From NCBI GenBank assembly GCA_020073005.1, contig JAIQFX010000007.1, positions 51,712 to 115,711 of the forward strand: a stretch of DNA of 64,000 nucleotides, in the 5' to 3' direction. Position numbers and translations under genes: made by a program. The stretch is from Terriglobia bacterium (lineage in GTDB: Bacteria; Acidobacteriota; Vicinamibacteria; Vicinamibacterales; CAVVIG01). Of this stretch, positions 26,058 through 33,549 are shown in pieces (within the stretch, counting starts at the first letter, position 1; the number at the start of each line of letters is the position of its first letter). The notes beneath the pieces were generated by a model. It made no database searches, had not been told where the DNA came from, and saw nothing but the letters and a program-made list of their open reading frames with translations.

Positions 26058-27053
26058 CTACCGAAGGAAAAAGTTGCCCGCGGGGCTGTTCGTCCCGTGG
26101 ATCTGTGAATGACAGTTGACGCAGCCGCGTCCCACGAGCCGGTTGCTCGCGCTGGTCAGCTGCACGCCGTCGTAGATGGTCGCCGGGTGCCGGCTGCTGA
26201 TGTGGCAGCGCTGGCAGAGCATCGGCGCCTTCGCGACGAGCATGCGGTCGTTGTTCGACCCGTGCGGATCGTGGCAGCTCGCGCAGTTCTCGCGGCCGGC
26301 CGAGTGCTCCCAGAGGAACGGGCCGCGCTTCTCGGCGTGGCAGCTGGTGCACGCTTCGTTGAGCGAATTGCCCGTCTTCAGCATCCGCACGTTGGTCGAT
26401 CCGTGCGGGCTGTGGCAGGACGTGCATTCCATCTTGCCTTCGCGCAGCGGCATGTGCCCCGACTTCTTGACCTTCATCGCTTCCTGTTTGTGGCAGGTCT
26501 CGCAGGTCTGCGTGGCGGACACGGTCTTGAGCTGCGCTTTCTCGGACTTGAAGCTGTGGACGCTGTGGCACGAGGTGCACGACACGTTGCGCGCGTCGTG
26601 CATGCTGCCCTGCCACTCGGCGTGCGCGCCCTTGCTGTGGCACGTCAAACACGTGGCGTTCACGTCGCGCGGTGACAGCGCGGCGAAGACCTTGATCTTG
26701 GACTTCTCGCCGCTGTCGACATGCGCCTGGCCCGGGCCGTGGCACGACTCGCAGGTCTGCCCGTTCTTCGCGGCCGGCGTGCGCGAATCCTGCGACTTGC
26801 CGTGCAGCGACTTGTGCATGCCTTCGCTTTGCGATTGGTGACAGTTGGCGCAGGTGTCGTCGCCCACGTAGCCCGTGGTTTGCGCGCCTGTCGAGGACGT
26901 GGTGGACGCTGCGTTCGCGCGTGCGGCCGCACCGTTCGGTTGCCCGGTGGCGGCGTGACCGCTGGCGGCGGCCACCCCGATCGCCATCGTGCACACAAGC
27001 GCGAATGCGGTCACCAGCCATCTCGCCGGGGAACCGTCATTTCGTCTGGACAT
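26058..27053 (-). CDS. Periplasmic decahaem c-type cytochrome, DmsE/MtrA/PioA/MtoA family
   Basis: 331 aa from ATG 27053 (signal MSRRNDGSPARWLVTAFALVCTMAIGVAAASGHA). Ten CxxCH motifs. C-terminus CVNCHSQIHGTNSPAGNFFLR is typical of the family. Confidence 0.88.
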   Translation of the reverse strand: MSRRNDGSPARWLVTAFALVCTMAIGVAAASGHAATGQPNGAAARANAASTTSSTGAQTTGYVGDDTCANCHQSQSEGMHKSLHGKSQDSRTPAAKNGQTCESCHGPGQAHVDSGEKSKIKVFAALSPRDVNATCLTCHSKGAHAEWQGSMHDARNVSCTSCHSVHSFKSEKAQLKTVSATQTCETCHKQEAMKVKKSGHMPLREGKMECTSCHSPHGSTNVRMLKTGNSLNEACTSCHAEKRGPFLWEHSAGRENCASCHDPHGSNNDRMLVAKAPMLCQRCHISSRHPATIYDGVQLTSASNRLVGRGCVNCHSQIHGTNSPAGNFFLR

Positions 27054-27211
27054 GATGAAAACGCTCCCGTGTTGAATGCCGTCGACTATCCGGCAAGATG
27101 GCCGGATGGTCAGACGGGAGTGCACGGGAGGTGCCAGCGCCGGGGCTGAACGCTGAGGAAATACGCGCAGGGAACAGAGCACTAAGAGCTTAACGCTCCA
27201 CTCTGTGGGGA

Positions 27212-27332
27212 GCTTTCAGCTCTCAGCTATCAGCTGACAGCTGTGACCCGCGTCGCGAAGGCGCTGGAGCCCACGAAGAAAATGCTTTCAGCTCTCAGCT
27301 ATCAGCTGACAGCTGTGACTGACAGCTGTCAT
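27212..27332. repeat. Two 36-nt direct repeats (GCTTTCAGCTCTCAGCTATCAGCTGACAGCTGTGAC) separated by 36 nt, each built of GCTNNCA heptamers
   Basis: Copies at 27212-27247 and 27284-27319 are identical. The second continues as TGACAGCTGTCAT to 27332. Located in the 284-nt spacer between the ImcH-like and decahaem genes. Confidence 0.9.
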
Positions 27333-27337
27333 CCGAC

Positions 27338-28708
27338 TCATTCGATCTTGTGGCAGGTCTCGCAGTCCTGACCGATCGTCTTCCCGTCCTTCGCCTTGTG
27401 ATTGTCGTCGTGGCAGCGGAAGCAGCCCGGGAAATCCATGTGGCCGATGTTGTTGGGGTAGGTCCCGAACTGCACGTGCATTTCGGGGAACACGTTGCGC
27501 CGGTACGCGCGATCCGTGGCGGCGACGGCTTTCTCCACATCCTGCCGCCGCGTCATGTACACATCCGAGAACTGCGTCCGGTAAAAATCCCGCAGCGCGC
27601 GGGAAATTCCCTCCGTCGCGGCGTCCTGCGTCGCGTACGAGGCCTTGAGCGCCTTGACGGTTTCGCGGCGCACGAACGGCAGCGTCTTGGGCACCTCGTC
27701 GCGCGACATCATCTCGTTGACGGCGCGCTCTGGCGTCGCGGCCATCGGATGGCTCGGCCGGTTGTGACAATCCATGCAGTCCATCCGCCGCCGCTCGCCC
27801 TTGGCGAGTTGATCGGGCGTCGTGCCCACGGCGGTGTACTCGCGGACGTTGCCGAAGCGATCCTTCACGCGCACCCACGGAATCACCTGGCGCTTGTCGT
27901 CGGTCGCGATGTACTCGACTTCGTTGGCGACGTTCATGTGCCAGTGGATGCCCTGCGCGATGCCCAGGCGCTCGCTGCCGCCGCCGACGTGCACTTGAAT
28001 CGTCGTCACCGACTCGGTGTTCTTCTCGTCCTCGCCGTACTCGAAGACGCGGCGGATCTTGTCGCCGTGGAATTTCTCCGGCCAGTGGCACTGCTCGCAG
28101 ACCTCGCGCGCCGGACGCAGGTTCTGCACGGGCGACGGAATCGGCCGCGAGTACGTGTTGAGCGTGACGGCGAACACCTGGCGCGTGCCGGACACTTTCG
28201 AGCGCGCGAACCACGACGCGCCGGGCCCGATGTGGCACTGCACGCACGTCACGCGCGAGTGCGGGCCGTCCTGATACGCGATGAACTCGGGCTGCATCAC
28301 GCCGTGGCAGACCTGCCCGCAGAACTGCACCGAGTCCATGTACTCGACGCCGCGGTACGCGGCGAGCGACACGATGACGATGTTGGCGAGCGTGAGCGCG
28401 AAGATCAGGATCGTCGCGCGCCGCTGCAGCGGATCGTTCAGATCGAGCCTCGGCCAATGGAGCTCGTTGGCGGGCCGGCCGCGGTGGCGCCGCCGGCGCT
28501 CGAGCCACACGCCGAGGGGAATGAGCGCGAGGCCGAAGAGGAACACGCCCGGCAGAATGAGAAAGAAGATGATGCCGCTGTACGGGTTCGTGTGCAGTCC
28601 GAAGAGATCGGCGAGGAAGACGACGAGGAACACGACGGCGCTGACGGTCGTCAGCACGATGCCAGCGACGGCAACGGGGCTTCGCAACGGACGCAGGTCT
28701 CGAGCCAT
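27338..28708 (-). CDS. Membrane-anchored multihaem cytochrome, NapC/NirT-related (ImcH-like architecture)
   Basis: 456 aa. Three N-terminal TM helices, then five CxxCH (CVQCH, CEQCH, CMDCH, CFRCH, CETCH) plus one CX3CH (CGQVCH). Confidence 0.8.
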   Translation of the reverse strand: MARDLRPLRSPVAVAGIVLTTVSAVVFLVVFLADLFGLHTNPYSGIIFFLILPGVFLFGLALIPLGVWLERRRRHRGRPANELHWPRLDLNDPLQRRATILIFALTLANIVIVSLAAYRGVEYMDSVQFCGQVCHGVMQPEFIAYQDGPHSRVTCVQCHIGPGASWFARSKVSGTRQVFAVTLNTYSRPIPSPVQNLRPAREVCEQCHWPEKFHGDKIRRVFEYGEDEKNTESVTTIQVHVGGGSERLGIAQGIHWHMNVANEVEYIATDDKRQVIPWVRVKDRFGNVREYTAVGTTPDQLAKGERRRMDCMDCHNRPSHPMAATPERAVNEMMSRDEVPKTLPFVRRETVKALKASYATQDAATEGISRALRDFYRTQFSDVYMTRRQDVEKAVAATDRAYRRNVFPEMHVQFGTYPNNIGHMDFPGCFRCHDDNHKAKDGKTIGQDCETCHKIE

Positions 28709-28745
28709 TCGGCGGTGTCTCCGCGGTGAAGGCTTCCGGGCGAGT

Positions 28746-29645
28746 TTACAGCAGGACCGCGTACAGGATGAGGCCGATCAGCCCGATGCCCAGCGTCAGG
28801 CCGATGGTCCCCACTACCCAGCCGCGCGTGACTGCCGCGGCCTCTGGTGCGGCCGCGCCGCACGAGGCCAGCGTTCCCGCCTGCAGCAACCGATCGTATT
28901 CCGCGGCGCGCTCGTGACGCAGGTCGTCCACGGGCATCGTGCCCGTGAAGATCACGAGGTCCATCGGAAATTTTTCAGGCCGTAGGTGTCCGTTGAAGAA
29001 GTGCACGACGAAGATGAAGCCGATCGCGAGCGACGCTTCGGCGCCGTGCACGAAGAGCGCGATGTTGAACATCCACCCCGGCAGAATCCGCGAAGCGGCG
29101 ACGGGGAACCAGAGGATGAGGCCCGCGGCGCCCATCAGCGCCGTGCCCCAGAGGACGGCCCAGTAGTCGAACTTCTCCCAGTACGTGAAGTGCTCGAACT
29201 TCGGCCGCGGGCCGAGGCCGGCGAACCATTTCATCATCCCGAAGAAGTCGACGACGTCCCGCGGCTGCGGCACCATCGAGTTCGGCCCCCAGAAGAGCCC
29301 CGTCTCGCCGCGGACGAAGGCGCGCCAGAATACGTCGCCCACGTGCCAGACGACGGCGCCGAGCAGCGCCGCGCCGAAGACGCGGTGCACGAGCCCCGCG
29401 CCGTGGAAGCCGCCGAACAGGCTCGCGAGCAGCTGCGCCCACGCGGCTTCGCTGAACAGCAGCGGCAGCCCGGTCGCCGCGAGGCCGAGGAACGTCGTCA
29501 TGATGACGACGTGCAGCCAGCGCGTGCGCGCGTCGAAGCGCCGCACGTGTGCGGGCGCGGGCGCCGGCGCGGGCCCCGCCGCGAATGGCGCTACGGGCGC
29601 GCGGCGATCCTGGAGCTCCGCCTGTTCCAGCGTCACGGTCGTCAT
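28746..29645 (-). CDS. b-type cytochrome, FdnI/HydC (Ni/Fe-hydrogenase b-type cytochrome) family
   Basis: 299 aa from ATG 29645 (ATGA overlap with the nonahaem gene stop). At least 5 TM helices with conserved His (RWLHVV, HRVFG, LFVHGAEA, VVHFFNGH). Confidence 0.78.
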   Translation of the reverse strand: MTTVTLEQAELQDRRAPVAPFAAGPAPAPAPAHVRRFDARTRWLHVVIMTTFLGLAATGLPLLFSEAAWAQLLASLFGGFHGAGLVHRVFGAALLGAVVWHVGDVFWRAFVRGETGLFWGPNSMVPQPRDVVDFFGMMKWFAGLGPRPKFEHFTYWEKFDYWAVLWGTALMGAAGLILWFPVAASRILPGWMFNIALFVHGAEASLAIGFIFVVHFFNGHLRPEKFPMDLVIFTGTMPVDDLRHERAAEYDRLLQAGTLASCGAAAPEAAAVTRGWVVGTIGLTLGIGLIGLILYAVLL

Positions 29646-30649
29646 CGCCCTCTCTCCTTGCCATTCCGCCTCGAGCGCCAGAACCACAGCAGGCTGTGCA
29701 GGCCGAAGAAGCCGAAGCAGCCCGGGATCAGCACCCAGTAGAACCGGTTCGCCCACCACAGGATCGCGCCGCGCTTGTAGTTCTGCGGGTCCGGATGCGG
29801 GTCGTACTTCACGAAGCGCTCGTTCGAGCCCGCGTGACACTTGCCGCACGTCGCGACCAGATGCCCGGACGAGATCGTCGACGCCGGGTTCGAGGCCGGC
29901 AGGATGTCGTGCGCGCCGTGGCAGTCGGCGCACGCGGCGACGCGCGTCGAGCCGAGCTGATTGACCTTCCCGTGGAACGTGCGCTCGAAGGAGGCGACGA
30001 CGCCCGCATGGCACGTGCCGCATTCAGCGGTGAGGCCGAGCCGCCAGGCGGTCGTGTCGGCGCGCTGAATCGTGTGGGCCGTGTGGCAGTCCGAACACAC
30101 GGGCGCGTTGGACTGGCCCTTCTTGAGCGCGACGGCGTGGATGCCGGCGTCGTACTTCTGCTTGATGCCCGCGTGGCACGAGCCGCACGTCGACGGGATG
30201 TTCGCGCGCGCGACGCGCGACGCGGCGTCGGTCTTCTTCAGGATGTCGTGGCGGCCGTGGCAGTCCGCGCACGCCGGCGCGGCGGCGGTCAGGCCGGCCT
30301 TCTCCTTCGCCCACGCGTGAATGCTGTCGTGGTACTTGGAGCCGATGTCGTCGTGGCAGCTCGCGCATGCGACCTTCGCGAGCGTGTCGGTGTGCGGAAA
30401 CTCGGTGAGCTTCGCGAGATCGGCGTGGCAGTCGACGCACGCCATCGGGCCGTGCGTCGATCCCTCGAAGCGCTTCGCGTCGACCGCGATCGTGCGGCCG
30501 TCGGCGCGTTTCGCGTCGGCGTCGCCGTGACAGGCGAGGCAATCTTCGTTCGCCGGAGGTTTGGGAGCGGCCTGGGGAGACTGTCCGGCAGCGGCGGCCG
30601 TGGAAATCAGGCCGACCGCTGCCACAGTGAGGGCGAACCGAGTCCACAT
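29642..30649 (-). CDS. Nonahaem c-type cytochrome with C-terminal TM helix (CbcL-like c domain)
   Basis: Nine CxxCH motifs (CLACH, CVDCH, CASCH, CADCH, CGSCH, CSDCH, CGTCH, CADCH, CGKCH). Signal MWTRFALTVAAVGLISTAAAAG from ATG 30649 (the ORF extends to GTG 30679). C-terminal hydrophobic helix WVLIPGCFGFFGLHSLLWFW. Confidence 0.82.
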   Translation of the reverse strand: MWTRFALTVAAVGLISTAAAAGQSPQAAPKPPANEDCLACHGDADAKRADGRTIAVDAKRFEGSTHGPMACVDCHADLAKLTEFPHTDTLAKVACASCHDDIGSKYHDSIHAWAKEKAGLTAAAPACADCHGRHDILKKTDAASRVARANIPSTCGSCHAGIKQKYDAGIHAVALKKGQSNAPVCSDCHTAHTIQRADTTAWRLGLTAECGTCHAGVVASFERTFHGKVNQLGSTRVAACADCHGAHDILPASNPASTISSGHLVATCGKCHAGSNERFVKYDPHPDPQNYKRGAILWWANRFYWVLIPGCFGFFGLHSLLWFWRSRRNGKERGR

Positions 30650-30690
30650 ACGTCGAGTCTCGGCGCTCGCGGCACGCACTGGCGACGCTG

Positions 30691-31014
30691 CTACTTCAGC
30701 GACGTCAGATACGCCACGAGCGCATCCACGTCATCTTTGGGCAACGCGTAGGCTTTCATGTCCGGCTTCCGCGTGGTCTTCATCTTCGCGGTCATGCCTT
30801 TCGCGTCGGTGATCCAGTTGCGGATCTCGTCGGCGGATCGCTTGCTGCCGACCGAATCCAACGCGCCCTTCGCATTGCCCTTCCCGGCGACGGAATGACA
30901 GAGCGAACATTTCTGATCCGCGTAGACCTTCTCGCCTTTCGCCTTGGCGTCTTCCGCCGACGCGAAAGAAGCCACTCCCGCACACAACATGACTGCCAGC
31001 ACGAGTGATCGCAT
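30691..31014 (-). CDS. Class I monohaem cytochrome c (MtoD-like position)
   Basis: 107 aa. Signal peptide, a single CSLCH, and a distal Met region (KPDMKAY). Confidence 0.82.
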   Translation of the reverse strand: MRSLVLAVMLCAGVASFASAEDAKAKGEKVYADQKCSLCHSVAGKGNAKGALDSVGSKRSADEIRNWITDAKGMTAKMKTTRKPDMKAYALPKDDVDALVAYLTSLK

Positions 31015-31226
31015 TGCTCGAACCCCCTGCCCGCTCGACTCAGCAAGGCGCTTGCCAGACCATTTGATGCCCAGAAAGGACAGTCCAGCTGTTCATCGCC
31101 GCATATCGACGCCGGGAATCCGGCAGCACAAACGCCCGCGCGCGAAGATCTGGAGAAGCCCTAACGGACGTGAGGGCTGAGGGCCGGGCTCCTACGGCCC
31201 CAAGCGGGCGCCGGCCGCCAACATCG

Positions 31227-32431
31227 TCATCTCGGCACGCGTCGACGGAGATCGGTGAACCAGTTCTCGACGAGCGCGATCTCGTGGAGCGACTCGGGTT
31301 CGGCTGGCAGAATCATCGCGAAGCGCCGACCGTCTGGAGCGACGTCGAAGTCGATGCCGGTTCCACCGCCCAGCCCGACCCCGCCCGTCATGTACGGACC
31401 TTTGAACAGGGGACGGCCGCGGGTGGCGGTCAGTTCTCTTCCAGTGCCGATCTGGATGGCCATCATTTGATCGGCGTTGCGATAGAACAGCGTCCGGCCG
31501 TCTCGTGACCAGATGACGGCGTCCCCACCGCCGGTGGAGATTTGCCGTTTCGCGCCCGCATCGGGAAATTGCCTCAGGTACACCTCATTCCGTCCTGATT
31601 CGCTGCTGACGTATGCGATCCATCGCGAATCGGGAGAGAGCTGCGGATGCGACTCATCGAACCGCGTCTGCAGAAACGGCTGCGCCGCCTGGCCTGATTC
31701 CCGGTTCAGCATCCAGACATCAAAGCCCGTACTGGGATCCCGTTGCGTGAACAACAGCAGGCGACCATCTCGAGACCACGAACCAGGCTGTTGTGCGAAG
31801 TTGCTCGTCGTCAGTCTGCGCACGTCGCCCGTGCCGTCGGCTGCCTGCAGGAAGAGACCAGGCTGACCGTCGCGGTTCGACCCGAACGTGACGTATGCGC
31901 CGTCGGGCGTCCAGATCGGATAATTGTTGTCCCATGCAAACGTCAGTCGCGTGAACGCGCACGCCGCCAGGTCGCAGGCCCACACATGATTCGTGGCTCC
32001 GTCTACTGCGACCGCAAGCCGACCCCCGTCAGGCGACAGGCGCACGTACACGTACCGGCGGCGCTCATCCGAAATGGCTTCTGCTCGTCCGTCGCGATCG
32101 ACCCACACGAGCTGCCGTTCGGGACTCGGCGCTCCGCCTGCCGCGTAGATCAGCGAGCCCTCATCCGACACGCTGAAATTCGCGGTTCCGGTCGCCGATA
32201 TCGTCGACACGTGCTCCACAACGGAGACCGGCGTCCCGTTGACACGCAGTGTCGCCAGATCGAACGGCCCGGCCAGCAGCGAGCCCGCGCGACCGTAGAT
32301 CAGCTGGCCGCTCGTCGCGTACCGCGCGTCGGTCGCGTGTCACGCGCTCGATAGACCTCGCCCATCCCTCCGGCGCCGAGCGGCGCAAGGATCTCATACG
32401 GGCCGAGATGAACGCCCACGGAGACCGGCAC
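31227..32431 (-). pseudogene. Remnant of a Ser/Thr protein kinase with a TolB-like beta-propeller (internal deletion plus frameshift)
   Basis: The GTG 32431 frame gives VPVSVGVHLGPYEILAPLGAGGMGEVYRARDTR (kinase Gly-loop), then stops after 10 more codons. A different frame, with no start codon, continues as TDARYATSGQLIYGRAGSLLAGPFDL... through a ~365-aa WD40-like/TolB-type C-terminus ending at 31227. Confidence 0.65.
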
Positions 32432-32465
32432 GAACTTGTCTTCGTTGTCTACTGCGCGGGTCCTC

Positions 32466-32507
32466 CGACCAACGACCAACGACTAACGACTAACGACTAA
32501 CGACCAT
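32466..32507. repeat. Heptamer array (CGACCAA)x2-(CGACTAA)x3-CGACCAT
   Basis: Read directly. It is the reverse complement of the 2491-2525 family and ends 3 nt before the stop codon of the FAD subunit gene (32511-32513). Confidence 0.9.
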
Positions 32508-32510
32508 CCA

Positions 32511-33503
32511 TCAGCCGCGAATCGCGCGCTGCACGAGGTTGCGCGTCAGCGCCACCTTGTACGTGTTGTGGCGCAGCGGTTGCGCGCCCTTGATGGCGAG
32601 TTCGCCGGCGAGCGTCGCCGTGGCCGCGTCGCGCGGCTTCCCGCGCACGGCGTTCTCAACCTCATGCAGCCGCCTCGGCCGCGCCGCGACGGCGTTCACG
32701 ACGAGCCGGATGTCGCGGATGATGCCGTTCGACATCTTCATCGCCGTGGCGATGTTGACGAGCGGAAAGTCCCACACCTTGCGATCCCGCACCTTCTCGA
32801 ATTGGAAGTGGGCGCCGGCCCACGTCGCCGGCACGCGAATCGCCGTCAGGAGGTCGCCCGCGTCCAGGATTGTCATCCGCGTGATGTCGATGTCGGGTCC
32901 GAGGAAGTAGTCCTCGGCCGCCACGACCCGTTCCCCGCGCGACGACCGCACGACCATCTGCGCGTCGAGCGCGACGAGCGCGGGCGCGGTGTCCGACGGG
33001 TTGACGGCCACGCAGCGATCGAGATCGAAGATCGCGTGCTCGCGGTTGACCGCCGTCGGGGTGTCCGCGAAGCAGGAATTGCCGCCCGCGCGGTAGCACG
33101 TCCACCCGCTGCGGTAATACCAGCAGCGCGTCGACTGCGAGACGTTGCCGCCGAGGGTGCCCTGATTGCGGATCTGCGGCGAGCCGACGGCGCCCGCCGC
33201 GCGGGCCAGGACGGCGAACTGCGACTGCACGATCGGATGGCGCGCGATCTCGGCGAGCGTCGTCATCGCGCCGATCTCGAGTCCGCCGCCCACCTCGCGG
33301 ATCCCCTGGAGCTCCGCGATGCCGCCGAGATCGACGAGCGCCGCCGGCTGGACGACGCGATCCTGGAGCGCGTCGAACGTGTCGAGGCCGCCGCCGAGGA
33401 TCCGCGCGGCCGCGCCGTGGCGACCGATGAGCGCGAGCGCCGCGTCCACGCTCGTCGGCTGGAACAACTCGAACGACGGCATCGAGCCGCGAATGACAGC
33501 CAT
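32511..33503 (-). CDS. XDH/CODH-family FAD-binding (medium) subunit
   Basis: 330 aa. FAD_binding_5 pattern (ILGGGLDTFD, GGLEIGAMTTL, IRNQGTLGGNV) and a CO-dehydrogenase flavoprotein C-terminal domain. Confidence 0.85.
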   Translation of the reverse strand: MAVIRGSMPSFELFQPTSVDAALALIGRHGAAARILGGGLDTFDALQDRVVQPAALVDLGGIAELQGIREVGGGLEIGAMTTLAEIARHPIVQSQFAVLARAAGAVGSPQIRNQGTLGGNVSQSTRCWYYRSGWTCYRAGGNSCFADTPTAVNREHAIFDLDRCVAVNPSDTAPALVALDAQMVVRSSRGERVVAAEDYFLGPDIDITRMTILDAGDLLTAIRVPATWAGAHFQFEKVRDRKVWDFPLVNIATAMKMSNGIIRDIRLVVNAVAARPRRLHEVENAVRGKPRDAATATLAGELAIKGAQPLRHNTYKVALTRNLVQRAIRG

Positions 33504-33536
33504 TCCTAATTCCTAATTCCTAATTCCTAATTCTGA
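33502..33536. repeat. Heptamer array (ATTCCTA)x4-ATTCTGA
   Basis: Read directly. It starts within the ATG (33501-33503) of the FAD subunit gene and fills most of the 46-nt spacer to the large-subunit stop. On the mRNA strand it reads (TTAGGAA)n, i.e. repeated AGGA. Confidence 0.9.
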
Positions 33537-33549
33537 TGACTGCGGGCAC

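Noticed and set aside
27212-27319. CRISPR-like geometry: two identical 36-nt repeats separated by a 36-nt spacer
   Set aside because: Only two copies, no cas genes anywhere in the window, and no leader. The repeat is itself a heptamer array of the CAGCTNN family found at other gene boundaries (7102-7158, 23750-23791). Treated as part of the heptamer repeat system, not a CRISPR array.
31171-31184. GAGGGCT-GAGGGCC as a further heptamer array upstream of the conduit cluster
   Set aside because: Only two units, which is too short to distinguish from chance in GC-rich DNA. Not listed as a feature.
32161-32397. 78-aa ORF across the kinase remnant junction
   Set aside because: It is a third frame over the same DNA and has no motifs. 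The two other frames carry the recognisable kinase Gly-loop and the propeller sequence.
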